Shown here one piece after another: positions 1 through 9,389 of a DNA stretch of 64,000 nucleotides. Location of the stretch: the NCBI GenBank assembly GCA_965228875.1, contig OZ245843.1, forward strand, positions 2,710,616-2,774,615, given 5' to 3'. The stretch comes from Thalassobaculaceae bacterium (GTDB lineage: Bacteria > Pseudomonadota > Alphaproteobacteria > Thalassobaculales > Thalassobaculaceae). The position numbers and the translations under genes are program-made. Each line of letters opens with the position of its first letter. The first letter of the stretch is position 1. The notes beneath the pieces are model-generated. The model saw nothing but the letters and a program-made list of their open reading frames with translations. It did not search any database and was not told where the DNA came from.

Positions 1-37
1 GACGACAAGGGCAACGACTTCTTCAAGAACATCTGAG
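1..37 (+). CDS. 3' end of an upstream gene (partial, ...DDKGNDFFKNI*)
   Basis: Frame-1 codons with high GC3 end in TGA at 35-37, 6 bp before the next ATG; product not identifiable. Confidence 0.45.
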
Positions 38-43
38 CCGCCG

Positions 44-418
44 ATGGCCGACCCCGCCTTCGCCGCCGTCCCGATCCTGCGGATCTTCGACGAGGCGAAG
101 GCGCTTGCCTTCTATCGCGACTGGCTCGGCTTCACCGTCGACTGGCAGCACCGGTTCGAGCCGGGGACGCCGCTCTACATGCAGGTCTCGCGCGGCGGGA
201 TGATCCTGCACCTGAGCGAGCACCATGGCGACTGCACGCCGGGCTCGACCGTGTTCGTCAACACATCGGATCTCGCCGGTTTCCACGCCGAGATCACGGC
301 CCGGGACTATCCGTTCAACCGACCCGGCCTCGACCCGGCCCCCTGGGGCGGGCGGGTGATGGAGGCGACGGATCCGTTCGGCAACCGGCTGCGGTTCTGG
401 GAAGACGCGGAAGCCTGA
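44..418 (+). CDS. Glyoxalase/bleomycin-resistance (VOC) superfamily protein
   Basis: 124 aa; VPILRIFDEAKALAFY..WLGF, HLSEHHGD and DPFGNRLRF motifs typical of VOC proteins. Confidence 0.85.
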   Translation: MADPAFAAVPILRIFDEAKALAFYRDWLGFTVDWQHRFEPGTPLYMQVSRGGMILHLSEHHGDCTPGSTVFVNTSDLAGFHAEITARDYPFNRPGLDPAPWGGRVMEATDPFGNRLRFWEDAEA

Positions 419-422
419 GTGG

Positions 423-1463
423 TCAGACCCGGGTCTTGCTGTCCAGCTTGAGGGCTTCGGCCAGATCGAGAATGCTCGACAGGTCCGCGAAGACCCGCTC
501 GACCGACTCCGGGGCGCACAGGGTCTTGCCGTCGCCGATCTCGAAGGGATCGGACCGCGTGTCGAACAGCAGCGTCAGGTGGCTGTCGACGCAGACGAAA
601 TGGGCGGCGTCGCAGCCGATGATCCCGGTCATCTCGACAAGCCGCTCCATGAACGCGGGGGTGAGCAGATAGCGGGCGCCCACCTGATCGGTGGCGTACA
701 CCGTGAACCTCGCCTCGAACTCCGCCGATTCCAGATCGACCGGTTGGAAATCCGGCCGCTCATCCGTCCCGATCCAGACCGGTCCCGTGGCTTTGCGGAA
801 GAATGTCCGGCGGCCGATGCCGACCAGATCGCCGCCGATCGTCTTCCGCGTCGGCGCGATGCGGACAACCAGCCCTTCGAACGGCGTGTTCTGATCGCGC
901 ACGTCGGGCCCGTACTGGCTGACTACCAGATCCCAGACATCGACGGCATAACCGTCACCGTCCCTATGCAGCCCTTCGGACCAGTGAGACTGTTCCGGTT
1001 CGTAGGGCAGCATGCCAGCATCGCGCAGATCCGCCCTCGCGGCGGCCGCCGCGGCGCCGGCCGCGTCCGGGAGATAGGTGAAACCGAGAAACCCGGCGAT
1101 ATCGGAAACGACCTGCTTCTCGATCGCCTTCGCCTTGGCCACCCGTTCGGCCGGTTGCCCGGATCCCGTCACCGCCCCGATGACGAACATGACGATGATA
1201 CCGAGGAAAAAGACCGGAAACACCATGAGGGGGTGGATCGTCGCGGAGCCCAGGACCACCAGGATGAACCCGCCGAAGAACGTCGCCGCGTGAATGTAGC
1301 GTTTTCGATAGTCCGGCCTGTCACGCCCCTCATAGGTGGCGTCCAGCGCCTGGATCTTCGGCCAGAGGGTCCCCCGCACGAAGGCCCGCGCGCCTTTCAG
1401 CCACGGCCGGTCCTCGGCGATGGAGGGAGGTCGGCCGGCCGGCATTTGACCACGCCCGGTCAC
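423..1463 (-). CDS. DUF3137-like membrane protein
   Basis: Two N-terminal TM helices; VDLESAEFEARFTVYATDQVGARYLLTPAFMERL motif; GTGA overlap with the lemA stop (alternative ATG at 1445). Confidence 0.75.
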   Translation of the reverse strand: MTGRGQMPAGRPPSIAEDRPWLKGARAFVRGTLWPKIQALDATYEGRDRPDYRKRYIHAATFFGGFILVVLGSATIHPLMVFPVFFLGIIVMFVIGAVTGSGQPAERVAKAKAIEKQVVSDIAGFLGFTYLPDAAGAAAAAARADLRDAGMLPYEPEQSHWSEGLHRDGDGYAVDVWDLVVSQYGPDVRDQNTPFEGLVVRIAPTRKTIGGDLVGIGRRTFFRKATGPVWIGTDERPDFQPVDLESAEFEARFTVYATDQVGARYLLTPAFMERLVEMTGIIGCDAAHFVCVDSHLTLLFDTRSDPFEIGDGKTLCAPESVERVFADLSSILDLAEALKLDSKTRV

Positions 1464-2044
1464 CCGAAATGCCTGGCGACGTCCACCGCGTCCCGGGTTG
1501 CGTCGTCGGTCTCGAAATACGGCAGCGGCAGCGATCCCATCTGCGGGGCGAGGATGTTCCCCGGGAAGGTCTGGATGACGTTACGGTGCTGCATGACCGA
1601 GGCATTGTAGTAGCGCCGGGCGGCGGCGATGTTGCCTTCGACCTCCTCCAGGGTTTCCTGCACCCGCGTCATGCTCTCGTCGGATTTGAGCTCCGGATAC
1701 GACTCGGCCAGGCTGAACAGCTGGCGGAACTCGGATTGCAGGGCGCGCTCCGTCTCCAGATGGGACGCGACCTCCGCGGCCCGGGTCTTGTCGTAGGGCG
1801 CCGATGCCCTGGCCCGCAGCTCCGTCACACGTTCGAGGAGCGCGGCCTCGTGACTCATGAACCTCCTGGCCGTGGCGACCACCTGGGGCACGAGATCGTG
1901 ACGCTTGCGCAGTTGCACATCGACCGAAGCGAGCGCCTGCTCCGCCTCATTTCGGGTCACGACGATGCGGCTGTGGGTCCGGTAGACGACGAAGACGCCG
2001 ATCAGGACGAACACGCCCAGCGCGACCAGGGTTGGCGTGTCCAT
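1460..2044 (-). CDS. lemA: LemA family protein
   Basis: N-terminal TM; VDVQLRKRHDLVP, AESYPELKS, IAAARRYYN and FPGN motifs; start moved to ATG 2044 with GGAGA RBS. Confidence 0.9.
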   Translation of the reverse strand: MDTPTLVALGVFVLIGVFVVYRTHSRIVVTRNEAEQALASVDVQLRKRHDLVPQVVATARRFMSHEAALLERVTELRARASAPYDKTRAAEVASHLETERALQSEFRQLFSLAESYPELKSDESMTRVQETLEEVEGNIAAARRYYNASVMQHRNVIQTFPGNILAPQMGSLPLPYFETDDATRDAVDVARHFG

Positions 2045-2114
2045 TCCATTTCTCCGACAGGGGTCCGGTGCGCCAGTATAGTCGGCCCGACGAACACCGA
2101 TCCAGAGACCCGGA

Positions 2115-2747
2115 ATGTGTGATATCCCGCTTTGCATCGACGGCCCGCAGGACGCCGACGTCACCCTCGTCCTTGCCCACGGCGCCGGCGCCCCGATGGA
2201 CAGCCCGTTCATGGCCGCGATGGCGGAACGCATCTCCGCCCGTGGGCATCGGGTGGCGCGCTTCGAGTTCGACTATATGGCGGAGCGACGCCGCACCGGC
2301 CGCAGGCGCCCGCCGGAACGCCAGCCGGCCTTGCTGAAGCAGTGGCGGCGGGTGATCGAGGCGCTCGGCGGGCCGTCCGCCGTGACGATCGGCGGCAAGT
2401 CGATGGGCGGGCGGATGGCATCGCTGATCGCGGCGGAACTGCCGGTGCGCGGCTGTCTCTGTCTCGGCTACCCGTTCCACCCGCCGGGCAAACCAGACCG
2501 CCTGCGCACCGATCACTTCGCCTCCCTGCTCTGCCCGACCCTGATCGTCCAGGGCAGCCGCGACCCGTTCGGCACCCGCGACGAGGTGTCCGCCCTGGCA
2601 CTCCCGGACGCGGTGGCGGTGACGTGGATCGAGGACGGGGATCACGACCTGAAGCCGCGCAAGTCCAGCGGACTGACGACCGACGCGGCCTGGAACGAGG
2701 CAGCGGAAGCGGCGGATCGGTTTCTTCGGTCGCCGTCTGTCGGCTGA
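2115..2747 (+). CDS. Alpha/beta hydrolase (KANL3/Tex30-like)
   Basis: LAHGAGAPMDS, GGKSMGGR nucleophile elbow, LGYPFHPPG, QGSRDPFG, DGDH. Confidence 0.85.
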   Translation: MCDIPLCIDGPQDADVTLVLAHGAGAPMDSPFMAAMAERISARGHRVARFEFDYMAERRRTGRRRPPERQPALLKQWRRVIEALGGPSAVTIGGKSMGGRMASLIAAELPVRGCLCLGYPFHPPGKPDRLRTDHFASLLCPTLIVQGSRDPFGTRDEVSALALPDAVAVTWIEDGDHDLKPRKSSGLTTDAAWNEAAEAADRFLRSPSVG

Positions 2748-2810
2748 CCTGAACCCGAGAGAGCCGAGGCGTCCCTGGTGGAAGGGCAATCCTGACGGGA
2801 GGGCAGTCGC

Positions 2811-3098
2811 TCAGCGCGGCAGAATCGCCTCAACGTCGCGCGGATCGAGACCGACGGCCTCGACCTCCTCGCGCGTGACCAGGATGGACGCGTTCGTGGA
2901 CGGCAGTTCGCCGATCAGGCCGGCAACCGGTCCCGCGGAACGGGCGTCGCGGGTGGTGATCCAGCCAAGCACGCCGCCGACGATCGGCGGGCCGGCCACG
3001 AAGGCCATCCAGAAAAACGCAATCAACGCGAACCGCGCCGCACCGGCGGCACGCTCTGCGATGGAGTCCTGTTGATCGGTCCAGGTGTCAACCGCCAT
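2811..3098 (-). CDS. Small hypothetical membrane protein
   Basis: 95 aa from ATG 3098 with GGGAG RBS; one hydrophobic segment FALIAFFWMAFVAGPPIVGGVLGWI. Confidence 0.5.
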   Translation of the reverse strand: MAVDTWTDQQDSIAERAAGAARFALIAFFWMAFVAGPPIVGGVLGWITTRDARSAGPVAGLIGELPSTNASILVTREEVEAVGLDPRDVEAILPR

Positions 3099-3160
3099 GG
3101 GCTCGCTCCCCACGATAGAGCCGGTGGTTACTACTGGACGCTAAGCATACGCGCCGGGCG

Positions 3161-3176
3161 TAAAAATTCAATTAAC
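3161..3176. promoter_or_regulatory. CtrA-like box TAAA-N7-TTAAC
   Basis: TAAA AATTCAA TTAAC in an AT-rich spacer upstream of the 3098 gene; one mismatch to TTAA-N7-TTAAC. Confidence 0.3.
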
Positions 3177-3233
3177 GAGAGGGACCGCTTATTTCACCGT
3201 ACGTAGCGGCCCGTTCAATCAAATTTATCGCGA

Positions 3234-4385
3234 TTATGGATGCAGATTTTCTCTATGTCTCTCAGTGTATTTAGAGAGTTTTTTGATCAAATATTCCGCG
3301 TCCTCTTCCGAGAACCCCTCCTCGTCTGCGTCGAAGGTCGTCAGCACCCGTTCCAGGACGGTCTCGGCAAATCGGGCGCGCGCATCCGGTGCGTCGACCA
3401 TCTCAGTGCTCCGGGCAACATCGACGGCGGCCCGCAGAATGATCCGGTCGTGCTCGCTCAGTCCGGCCTTCGTCGCCAGCGACCGCAATCCCTTGCCGCC
3501 ATCATCGTTGACCAGCAGATCGGCATTACGGAACGGAATGTCGGCCCGCACCGCCAGGCCCGCGGCGACGAAGGCCAGGTCCCCGGTACAGGCCGCGCGC
3601 AGCAGGATCGAGTCGGTCAGCCGGCCGTTGCGGGCCATCTCGCGCACCAGATCCTCGACTCTCTGGGAGGGGCCGTCGTCCGAGACCAGAGACAGCGTCG
3701 CGCGCTCGCGCCCCTCCAGCACAAGATCGGCCGCCATGTCCGGCGAGATCTCGTGACGGCTCACCAGCTCGTCCCTCAGCTTCTCCGACACAAGACTGAC
3801 AAGCCGCTCGGCGACGCCGACCGGCAGTGTGGAGCGCGCCACCATCGGCTCCTGCAGGCGCGGGCTATCCCCGAACCGGTCCAAGGCGCGGCCGAGCGCC
3901 GGTTCGTCGAGCGCCGCCCCCGGATTGGAGACCACGGCCACCACGACATCCTCGTTGCCGCGCTCGACCAGGGCGCCGGCAACCACCTGGGAGACCTCGT
4001 CCCGGTTGGCGATCGCCAGCTGCTTGTCGGAATCGCCCTCCTCCACGAGGGCGACCAGGTCGCCGTCGGTCAGAACGACGCTGTCGCTGATGATCGGCAG
4101 GGAAACGTCGGCCACGTCGCGCGCCAGCTTCATGGCGACGTCGTGCGGCAGGCCCACCGACTGGCGGACGGCGTCCGCCAGGTTGCGCCGGACCTGCTGC
4201 TCGACGTCGCCGGCCAGCTTGCGGACGATGTCGAGGGCGATGTCGCGCTCCCTGTCGCCCATATCCGGACTGTCGATCGAGCGGCCGATCGCATCGGCCA
4301 CCTCCGCCCGCGCGTCCGGCGCGGTCGATCTGGTCAGCTTGGCCATCAGTTCGGCCAGGGTCGGTGCGGCGCCGTCACCCGTCAT
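3234..4385 (-). CDS. DUF2336 domain protein
   Basis: 383 aa; DVEQQVRRNLA, LPHDVAMKLARD, S.VLTDGDL, AIANR, LVERG..V...V.N.GA pattern characteristic of the family. Confidence 0.85.
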   Translation of the reverse strand: MTGDGAAPTLAELMAKLTRSTAPDARAEVADAIGRSIDSPDMGDRERDIALDIVRKLAGDVEQQVRRNLADAVRQSVGLPHDVAMKLARDVADVSLPIISDSVVLTDGDLVALVEEGDSDKQLAIANRDEVSQVVAGALVERGNEDVVVAVVSNPGAALDEPALGRALDRFGDSPRLQEPMVARSTLPVGVAERLVSLVSEKLRDELVSRHEISPDMAADLVLEGRERATLSLVSDDGPSQRVEDLVREMARNGRLTDSILLRAACTGDLAFVAAGLAVRADIPFRNADLLVNDDGGKGLRSLATKAGLSEHDRIILRAAVDVARSTEMVDAPDARARFAETVLERVLTTFDADEEGFSEEDAEYLIKKLSKYTERHRENLHP

Positions 4386-4461
4386 CGGACGACCCTCCTC
4401 GAAGTGGTAGTCTCGAGGCGATCATAGCAGCGTTTCGCTCGCAACGCTGTGATTCCGCGCC

Positions 4462-4890
4462 TCAGTCCCGAACGATCATGACCGAGCAGTTGGCGTGGCG
4501 CACAACACGGGCGGCATTGGGGCCAAGCAGGAAATCCGACAGCTCAGGTCGGTGGGAGGCCATGATGATCAGCCCGCACCGCGTCTGCTCCGCCGCCTTG
4601 ACGATCTCGTTGTAGATCGTGCCATGGGCGACGATGTGCTGAACCTTGACCTCGGACGGGACCGCTTGCTCGCAGTAGGCGTGCAGACGCTCGCGCGCCG
4701 TTTCCATCGCCTGATGCTCGAAATCGGCCGGAAAGAAGCCGGCCACGATGCTGGAGTTGAACTCCGGAACGACGGTCACGACATGCAGCCGCGCCCCGAA
4801 GGCCTTGGCCTGCTCGACCGCGATCCCGACCGCCTTCTCCTGGGTTTCCGGGGACGCCAGGTCGACCGCCAGCAGAATATCCGAGAACAT
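4462..4890 (-). CDS. Universal stress protein (UspA family)
   Basis: ILLAVDL N-terminus and IIMASH...LLGPNAARVVRHANCSVMIVR C-terminus; last gene of the TRAP operon. Confidence 0.92.
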   Translation of the reverse strand: MFSDILLAVDLASPETQEKAVGIAVEQAKAFGARLHVVTVVPEFNSSIVAGFFPADFEHQAMETARERLHAYCEQAVPSEVKVQHIVAHGTIYNEIVKAAEQTRCGLIIMASHRPELSDFLLGPNAARVVRHANCSVMIVRD

Positions 4891-4901
4891 CGCTCCCTCC
4901 C

Positions 4902-7535
4902 TCAGAACGCCGGCACGTCGGTGCGGCGACGCTGCAGGACGATCACCAGCGCCAGCAGCAGCAGGGCCGGAAGGTAGAACACCTCCTTCGGCATCCGCTC
5001 CGCCTCGACCCGGATCTCGGCGATGTGCACCGGATCGTCGCCGTAGAAATCGAAGCCGCCGAGCTTCTGGCCCGGAACACTGCCCGCCGGCCCGGGCCGG
5101 AACGGCTCCTCCAGCTTGGCCATGCCGTCCTCGATCATCACCAGAAGATCGGCATCCTGCAGACGCTGCTCGCCGGCGCCCGCCGCACCGAGCGGCAGCA
5201 TCAGCGTCGTCTCCGCCGTCGTGTCGGGATCGTTGAAGTCCGGTCCCCGGATGACCAGGCGCAGTTCCCCGTCGTCAGGCACCTCGCCGGCGAGGGTGAC
5301 CACCTCGGTCGGATCGACCGTCCGGTAGGGCTCCTGCACCATGTCGAGCCAGAATCCTGGCCGGAACAGGGTGAAGGCGATCAGCAGCAGAGCCACCGCC
5401 TCCCACGCCTTGTTCTTGGCGAAGAAGTACCCCTGGGTCCCGGCGGCGAACAGCAGCATCGCTATCGTCGCTACGAAGAAGACGAAGACCGCCTCCAGCG
5501 GGGTGACGTCGATCAGCAGCAGGTCGGTGTTGAAGATGAACAGGAACGGCAGCGCCACCGTGCGCAGCGAGTAGTAGAAGGCGGTGAAGCCGGTCTTGAT
5601 CGGATCGGAGCCGGAGATCGCGGCCGCCGCGAACGAGGCGAGCCCGACCGGCGGCGTCACGTCGGCCATGATCCCGAAGTAGAACACGAACAGGTGGACC
5701 GCGATCAGCGGCACGATCAGTCCGTTCTGCGCCCCGACCTCGACCACCACCGCGGCCATCAGCGACGAGACCACGATGTAGTTGGCGGTCGTCGGCAGCC
5801 CCATGCCCAGGATCAGGCTGAAGATCGCAACCAGCACCAGCATGGCCATCAGGTTGCCGCCCGACAGGAACTCGATGAACGAGCCGACCACCTGATGGGC
5901 GCCGGTCAGCGAGATCGTGCCGACGATGATGCCGGCGGCGCCGGTCGCCACCGCGATGCCGATCATGTTGCGGGCGCCCGCGATCAGCCCCTCGATGATG
6001 TCGCTGAACCCGGCCGCGAATTCGGCGGCCAGGTCGCCGGCGCCGCGCAGCGCCGCCTTGATCGGACGCTGGGTGATGACGATGAACAGCATCGCCACCG
6101 TCGCCCAGTAGGCGGACAGGCCCGGCGACAGCCGCTCGATCATGAGGCACCAGACCAGCACGACGATCGGCAGCAGGTAGTACAGGCCGGACATGACCGT
6201 CGGCTTGACCTCGGGCAGAGTGCCCACCGGGGCGTCGGGATCGTCCAGTTCGAGATCGGGGAACCGCGAGGCGGCCCAGATCAGCGCGACGTAGACGACG
6301 ACGAAGCCGATGCACACGGCATAGAAGGTGGCGTCGCCGAACACGTCCTTGGTCCAGCCGAGCGCGTAGTAGACGACGGCTGCCGGGATCGCGACGGCGA
6401 GGAAACCGGTCAGCACGCCGAGCAGGCTCTGGACCACGGTCTTCGGCCCGCCGGGCTTCGGCAGCCCCTCCATCCCGGCCTTCAGGGCCTCCAGATGGAC
6501 GATGTAGAGCAGGGCGATGTAGGAGATCGCGGCCGGCAGGATGGCGTGCTTGACCACGTCCAGATAGCTGACGCCGACATACTCGACCATCAGGAAGGCG
6601 GCCGCGCCCATGACCGGTGGCATGATCTGTCCGTTCACCGAGGAGGCGACCTCGACGGCGCCGGCCTTGTCGCCGGAGAAGCCCACCCGCTTCATCAGCG
6701 GAATGGTGAAGGTGCCGGTGGTCACCGTGTTGGCGATCGAGGAGCCGGAAATCAGGCCGGTCATCGCCGAGGACACCACAGCCGCCTTGGCCGGGCCGCC
6801 GCGCAGGTGGCCGAGCAGAGCGAAGGCGACCTTGATGAAGTAGTTGCCGGCCCCCGCCTTATCCAGCAGCGAGCCGAACAGCACGAACAGGAAGACCATG
6901 GAGGCGGAGACGCCGAGCGCCACGCCGAACACGCCCTCGGTCTGCATCCAGAAGTGCCACATGGCCTTGCCGTAGGAGGCGCCCTTCCACTGGATCACCT
7001 CCGGGATGAACGGCTGGTCGCCGAAGAAAACGTAGGTCAGGAACACCGAGGCGACGATCACCAGCGGCAGGCCAAGCGCGCGGTAGGTGCAGATCAACAC
7101 CAGCGCGATGCCGATGGTCGAGACCACGAGGTCGCCGGTGGTCGGCAGGCCGGCGCGCAGGGCGATCTCGTTCTTGAAGACGATGAGGTAGAGGCAGGCC
7201 GCCGCACCGAGCAGCGCCAGCCCCCAGTCGTACCAGGGCACGCGATCACGCGGCGACGACTTGAAGAGCGGATAGGACATGCAGGCCAGCACGAAGGCGA
7301 AGGCCAGATGGATCGCCCGCGCCTCGTCGGAATTGAAGACGACGTTGATGCCTGTGAGGTCCTGCAGAATGAAGGGCAGGTTGGACGCGTAATAGAGCTG
7401 GAAGAGCGACCAGGCGAGCGCCAGGCCGGCAAGCAGCTTACCGACGACGCCGTGCGGGTTGCGGTTGCCGGTGTCGGTCGAGGCGACGAGGTCGTCGAGA
7501 TCGACCGCTTTCGATGAGGTTGACTGGTCGCTCAT
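4902..7535 (-). CDS. TRAP transporter 4TM/12TM fusion permease (TAXI type)
   Basis: 877 aa polytopic; GGPAKAAVVSS, SGSSIANTVTTGTFTIPLM, GQIMPPVMGAAAF, LGMGLPTTANY, ADVTPPVGLA. Confidence 0.95.
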   Translation of the reverse strand: MSDQSTSSKAVDLDDLVASTDTGNRNPHGVVGKLLAGLALAWSLFQLYYASNLPFILQDLTGINVVFNSDEARAIHLAFAFVLACMSYPLFKSSPRDRVPWYDWGLALLGAAACLYLIVFKNEIALRAGLPTTGDLVVSTIGIALVLICTYRALGLPLVIVASVFLTYVFFGDQPFIPEVIQWKGASYGKAMWHFWMQTEGVFGVALGVSASMVFLFVLFGSLLDKAGAGNYFIKVAFALLGHLRGGPAKAAVVSSAMTGLISGSSIANTVTTGTFTIPLMKRVGFSGDKAGAVEVASSVNGQIMPPVMGAAAFLMVEYVGVSYLDVVKHAILPAAISYIALLYIVHLEALKAGMEGLPKPGGPKTVVQSLLGVLTGFLAVAIPAAVVYYALGWTKDVFGDATFYAVCIGFVVVYVALIWAASRFPDLELDDPDAPVGTLPEVKPTVMSGLYYLLPIVVLVWCLMIERLSPGLSAYWATVAMLFIVITQRPIKAALRGAGDLAAEFAAGFSDIIEGLIAGARNMIGIAVATGAAGIIVGTISLTGAHQVVGSFIEFLSGGNLMAMLVLVAIFSLILGMGLPTTANYIVVSSLMAAVVVEVGAQNGLIVPLIAVHLFVFYFGIMADVTPPVGLASFAAAAISGSDPIKTGFTAFYYSLRTVALPFLFIFNTDLLLIDVTPLEAVFVFFVATIAMLLFAAGTQGYFFAKNKAWEAVALLLIAFTLFRPGFWLDMVQEPYRTVDPTEVVTLAGEVPDDGELRLVIRGPDFNDPDTTAETTLMLPLGAAGAGEQRLQDADLLVMIEDGMAKLEEPFRPGPAGSVPGQKLGGFDFYGDDPVHIAEIRVEAERMPKEVFYLPALLLLALVIVLQRRRTDVPAF

Positions 7536-7612
7536 GATCCCCCCGATCTGGCTGAGCGGACCCGCGATCGGGTCTGGACGCCTAACTGTCTAACGAATAG
7601 CGGAACAAAGGA

Positions 7613-7640
7613 CCGGGAGGGGACATCCGCCCCCTCCCGG
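7613..7640 (-). terminator. Intercistronic hairpin after the TAXI binding-protein gene
   Basis: CCGGGAGGGG / CCCCTCCCGG 10-bp stem just after the SBP stop, followed by a weak U tract (TCCTTTGTT) on the minus strand. Confidence 0.5.
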
Positions 7641-7648
7641 CACCGGGA

Positions 7649-8632
7649 TCACATCAGGCCCAGTTCCTTGTAGGCCTTCGCCGCGCCCGGATGCAGCGGG
7701 GCGGACAGCGAGTCCTTGATCATCTCTTCGGCCTTGAGGTTGCCGAAGGCCGGGTGCAGCTTGCGGAAGTCGTCCAGGTTGCCGAGCACCGCCTTGGCGA
7801 CGACATAGGCGACCTCGTCGGCGACCGCGGCCGAGGAGACGAAGGTGGCGCCGACACCGAAGGTGACGGTGTCGTTCGGGTTGTTCGGGTACATGCCGCC
7901 CGGGATCACCGCCTTGCGGTAGTAGGAGTTGTCGGCGACCAGCTTGTCGATCGCCGCGTTGTCGGCGTTCACCAGCACGGCATCACAGGTCGACACGGTC
8001 TCCGACGTCAGAGCTGACGGATGGCCGACCAGCCAGAAGTAGCTGTCGATCTTGTTGTCGCAGAGCGCCTGACCGGTCTCGGCCGACTTCAGCTCGGAGG
8101 CCAGCTTCAGATCCGACCGCTGCCAGCCGAGCGCAGCCTCCATCACGTCCCAGGTGCCGCGGGTGCCCGAACCGGCGTTGCCGATGTTCACGCGCTTGCC
8201 CTTGAGGTCGTCGATGTTGGTGATGCCCGCGTCGCGGCGCGCCAGGATGGTGACCGGCTCGGCATGCACCGAGAACATGGCCCGCAGATCCTTGAACGCC
8301 CCGGCGTCCTCGAACTTCGAGGTGCCGTTGTAGGCATGGTACTGCCAGTCGGACTGGGCGACGCCGAACTCGAGTTCGCCGGCGCGGATGGTGTTGATGT
8401 TGTAGATCGAGCCACCGGTCGACTCGACGGAGCAGCGGATGCCGTGCTCCTTGCGGTTGCGGTTCACCAGCCGGCAGATCGCTCCGCCGGTCGGGTAGTA
8501 CACGCCGGTCACACCGCCGGTGCCGATCGAGATGAACTGCTGATTCTGGGCCGAGGCCGGGGTCGTGTCACCGGCGACGAAGGCGCCGGCGCCGAGCGCC
8601 ACGGCGAAAGTTGTGGCGAGAAGCCGCTTCAT
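7649..8632 (-). CDS. TAXI family TRAP solute-binding protein
   Basis: Signal peptide; IGTGGVTGVYYPTGG, STGGS, KGKRVNIGNAGSG, PLHPGA; ATG 8632 with GGAGGA RBS. Confidence 0.95.
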   Translation of the reverse strand: MKRLLATTFAVALGAGAFVAGDTTPASAQNQQFISIGTGGVTGVYYPTGGAICRLVNRNRKEHGIRCSVESTGGSIYNINTIRAGELEFGVAQSDWQYHAYNGTSKFEDAGAFKDLRAMFSVHAEPVTILARRDAGITNIDDLKGKRVNIGNAGSGTRGTWDVMEAALGWQRSDLKLASELKSAETGQALCDNKIDSYFWLVGHPSALTSETVSTCDAVLVNADNAAIDKLVADNSYYRKAVIPGGMYPNNPNDTVTFGVGATFVSSAAVADEVAYVVAKAVLGNLDDFRKLHPAFGNLKAEEMIKDSLSAPLHPGAAKAYKELGLM

Positions 8633-8775
8633 ATGAAGTCCTCCTAAGACTCTCCCGTTGATGATTCTTTCGACCCGGCGATCTCCGCTGGGGCCTCCGT
8701 CCGGGCCCCGCCGGTTCGCGTTTCCCGCTCCCCACAGGACATCGCCGTGGTCCAAGGGTCGTAACCCTTGGCCGT

Positions 8776-8805
8776 ACTATGGCGGGGCCGTTCACGATAC
8801 GTCAA
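8776..8805 (-). promoter_or_regulatory. Possible sigma70 promoter of the TRAP operon
   Basis: TTGACG-N18-CATAGT on the minus strand about 140 bp upstream of the SBP start. Confidence 0.3.
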
Positions 8806-8960
8806 CAAAGCCGTGCACCGGCGGCATGAGCAGACTGCGGCCGGTTTCAAGGGGATGGATGGTTAGGGTCCGCTAACCTTGTGGGATGATCGCCCCGGTT
8901 GTCCCGTTGTGCGGCGCCCTGACGCATTGGCCTCGCGCGGCGGCGCGCCACTTCCCTGGC

Positions 8961-9380
8961 ATGACCCCGTCGCCCCGTCCGCCGCTGCCGTCCGTCCGCG
9001 TGTACTACAACGGCGCCTGCCCCGTGTGCCGCGCGGAGATCAACCACTACCGACGGCTCGCCGAACGCCACGGCATTTCGACCCTCGCCTGGACCGACAT
9101 CACCGCGCGGGCGAACACGCTGGCGCCGTGGGGTATCGACGACGACGCCGTCATCCGCCGCCTGCACGTGGTCGACGCCGACGACCGTCTGCTCTTCGGG
9201 GTCGACGGCTTCATCGAGGTCTGGGCCCGGCTGCCGAGATACGGCTGGCTGGCCAGGCTGGCGGCACGCCCCTGGATCCGGCCCGTGGCCGAACTGCTCT
9301 ACGAGCGGATGCTGGCGCCGGCCCTCTACCGATGGAACAAGGCGACGGGCCGGGTGCCGCCTGCACCAACGGCTGTGTAG
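8961..9380 (+). CDS. DCC1-like thiol-disulfide oxidoreductase (DUF393)
   Basis: VYYNGACPVC CxxC motif, RLHVVDAD...GVDGF; start uncertain (8886 or 8961). Confidence 0.85.
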   Translation: MTPSPRPPLPSVRVYYNGACPVCRAEINHYRRLAERHGISTLAWTDITARANTLAPWGIDDDAVIRRLHVVDADDRLLFGVDGFIEVWARLPRYGWLARLAARPWIRPVAELLYERMLAPALYRWNKATGRVPPAPTAV

Positions 9381-9389
9381 CCCCCGCCT

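Noticed and set aside
5025..7517. 830-aa + strand ORF and similar long ORFs (21373-23145, 23730-25865, 37191-39353, 56750-59227)
   Set aside because: Antisense or off-frame shadows of well-supported genes
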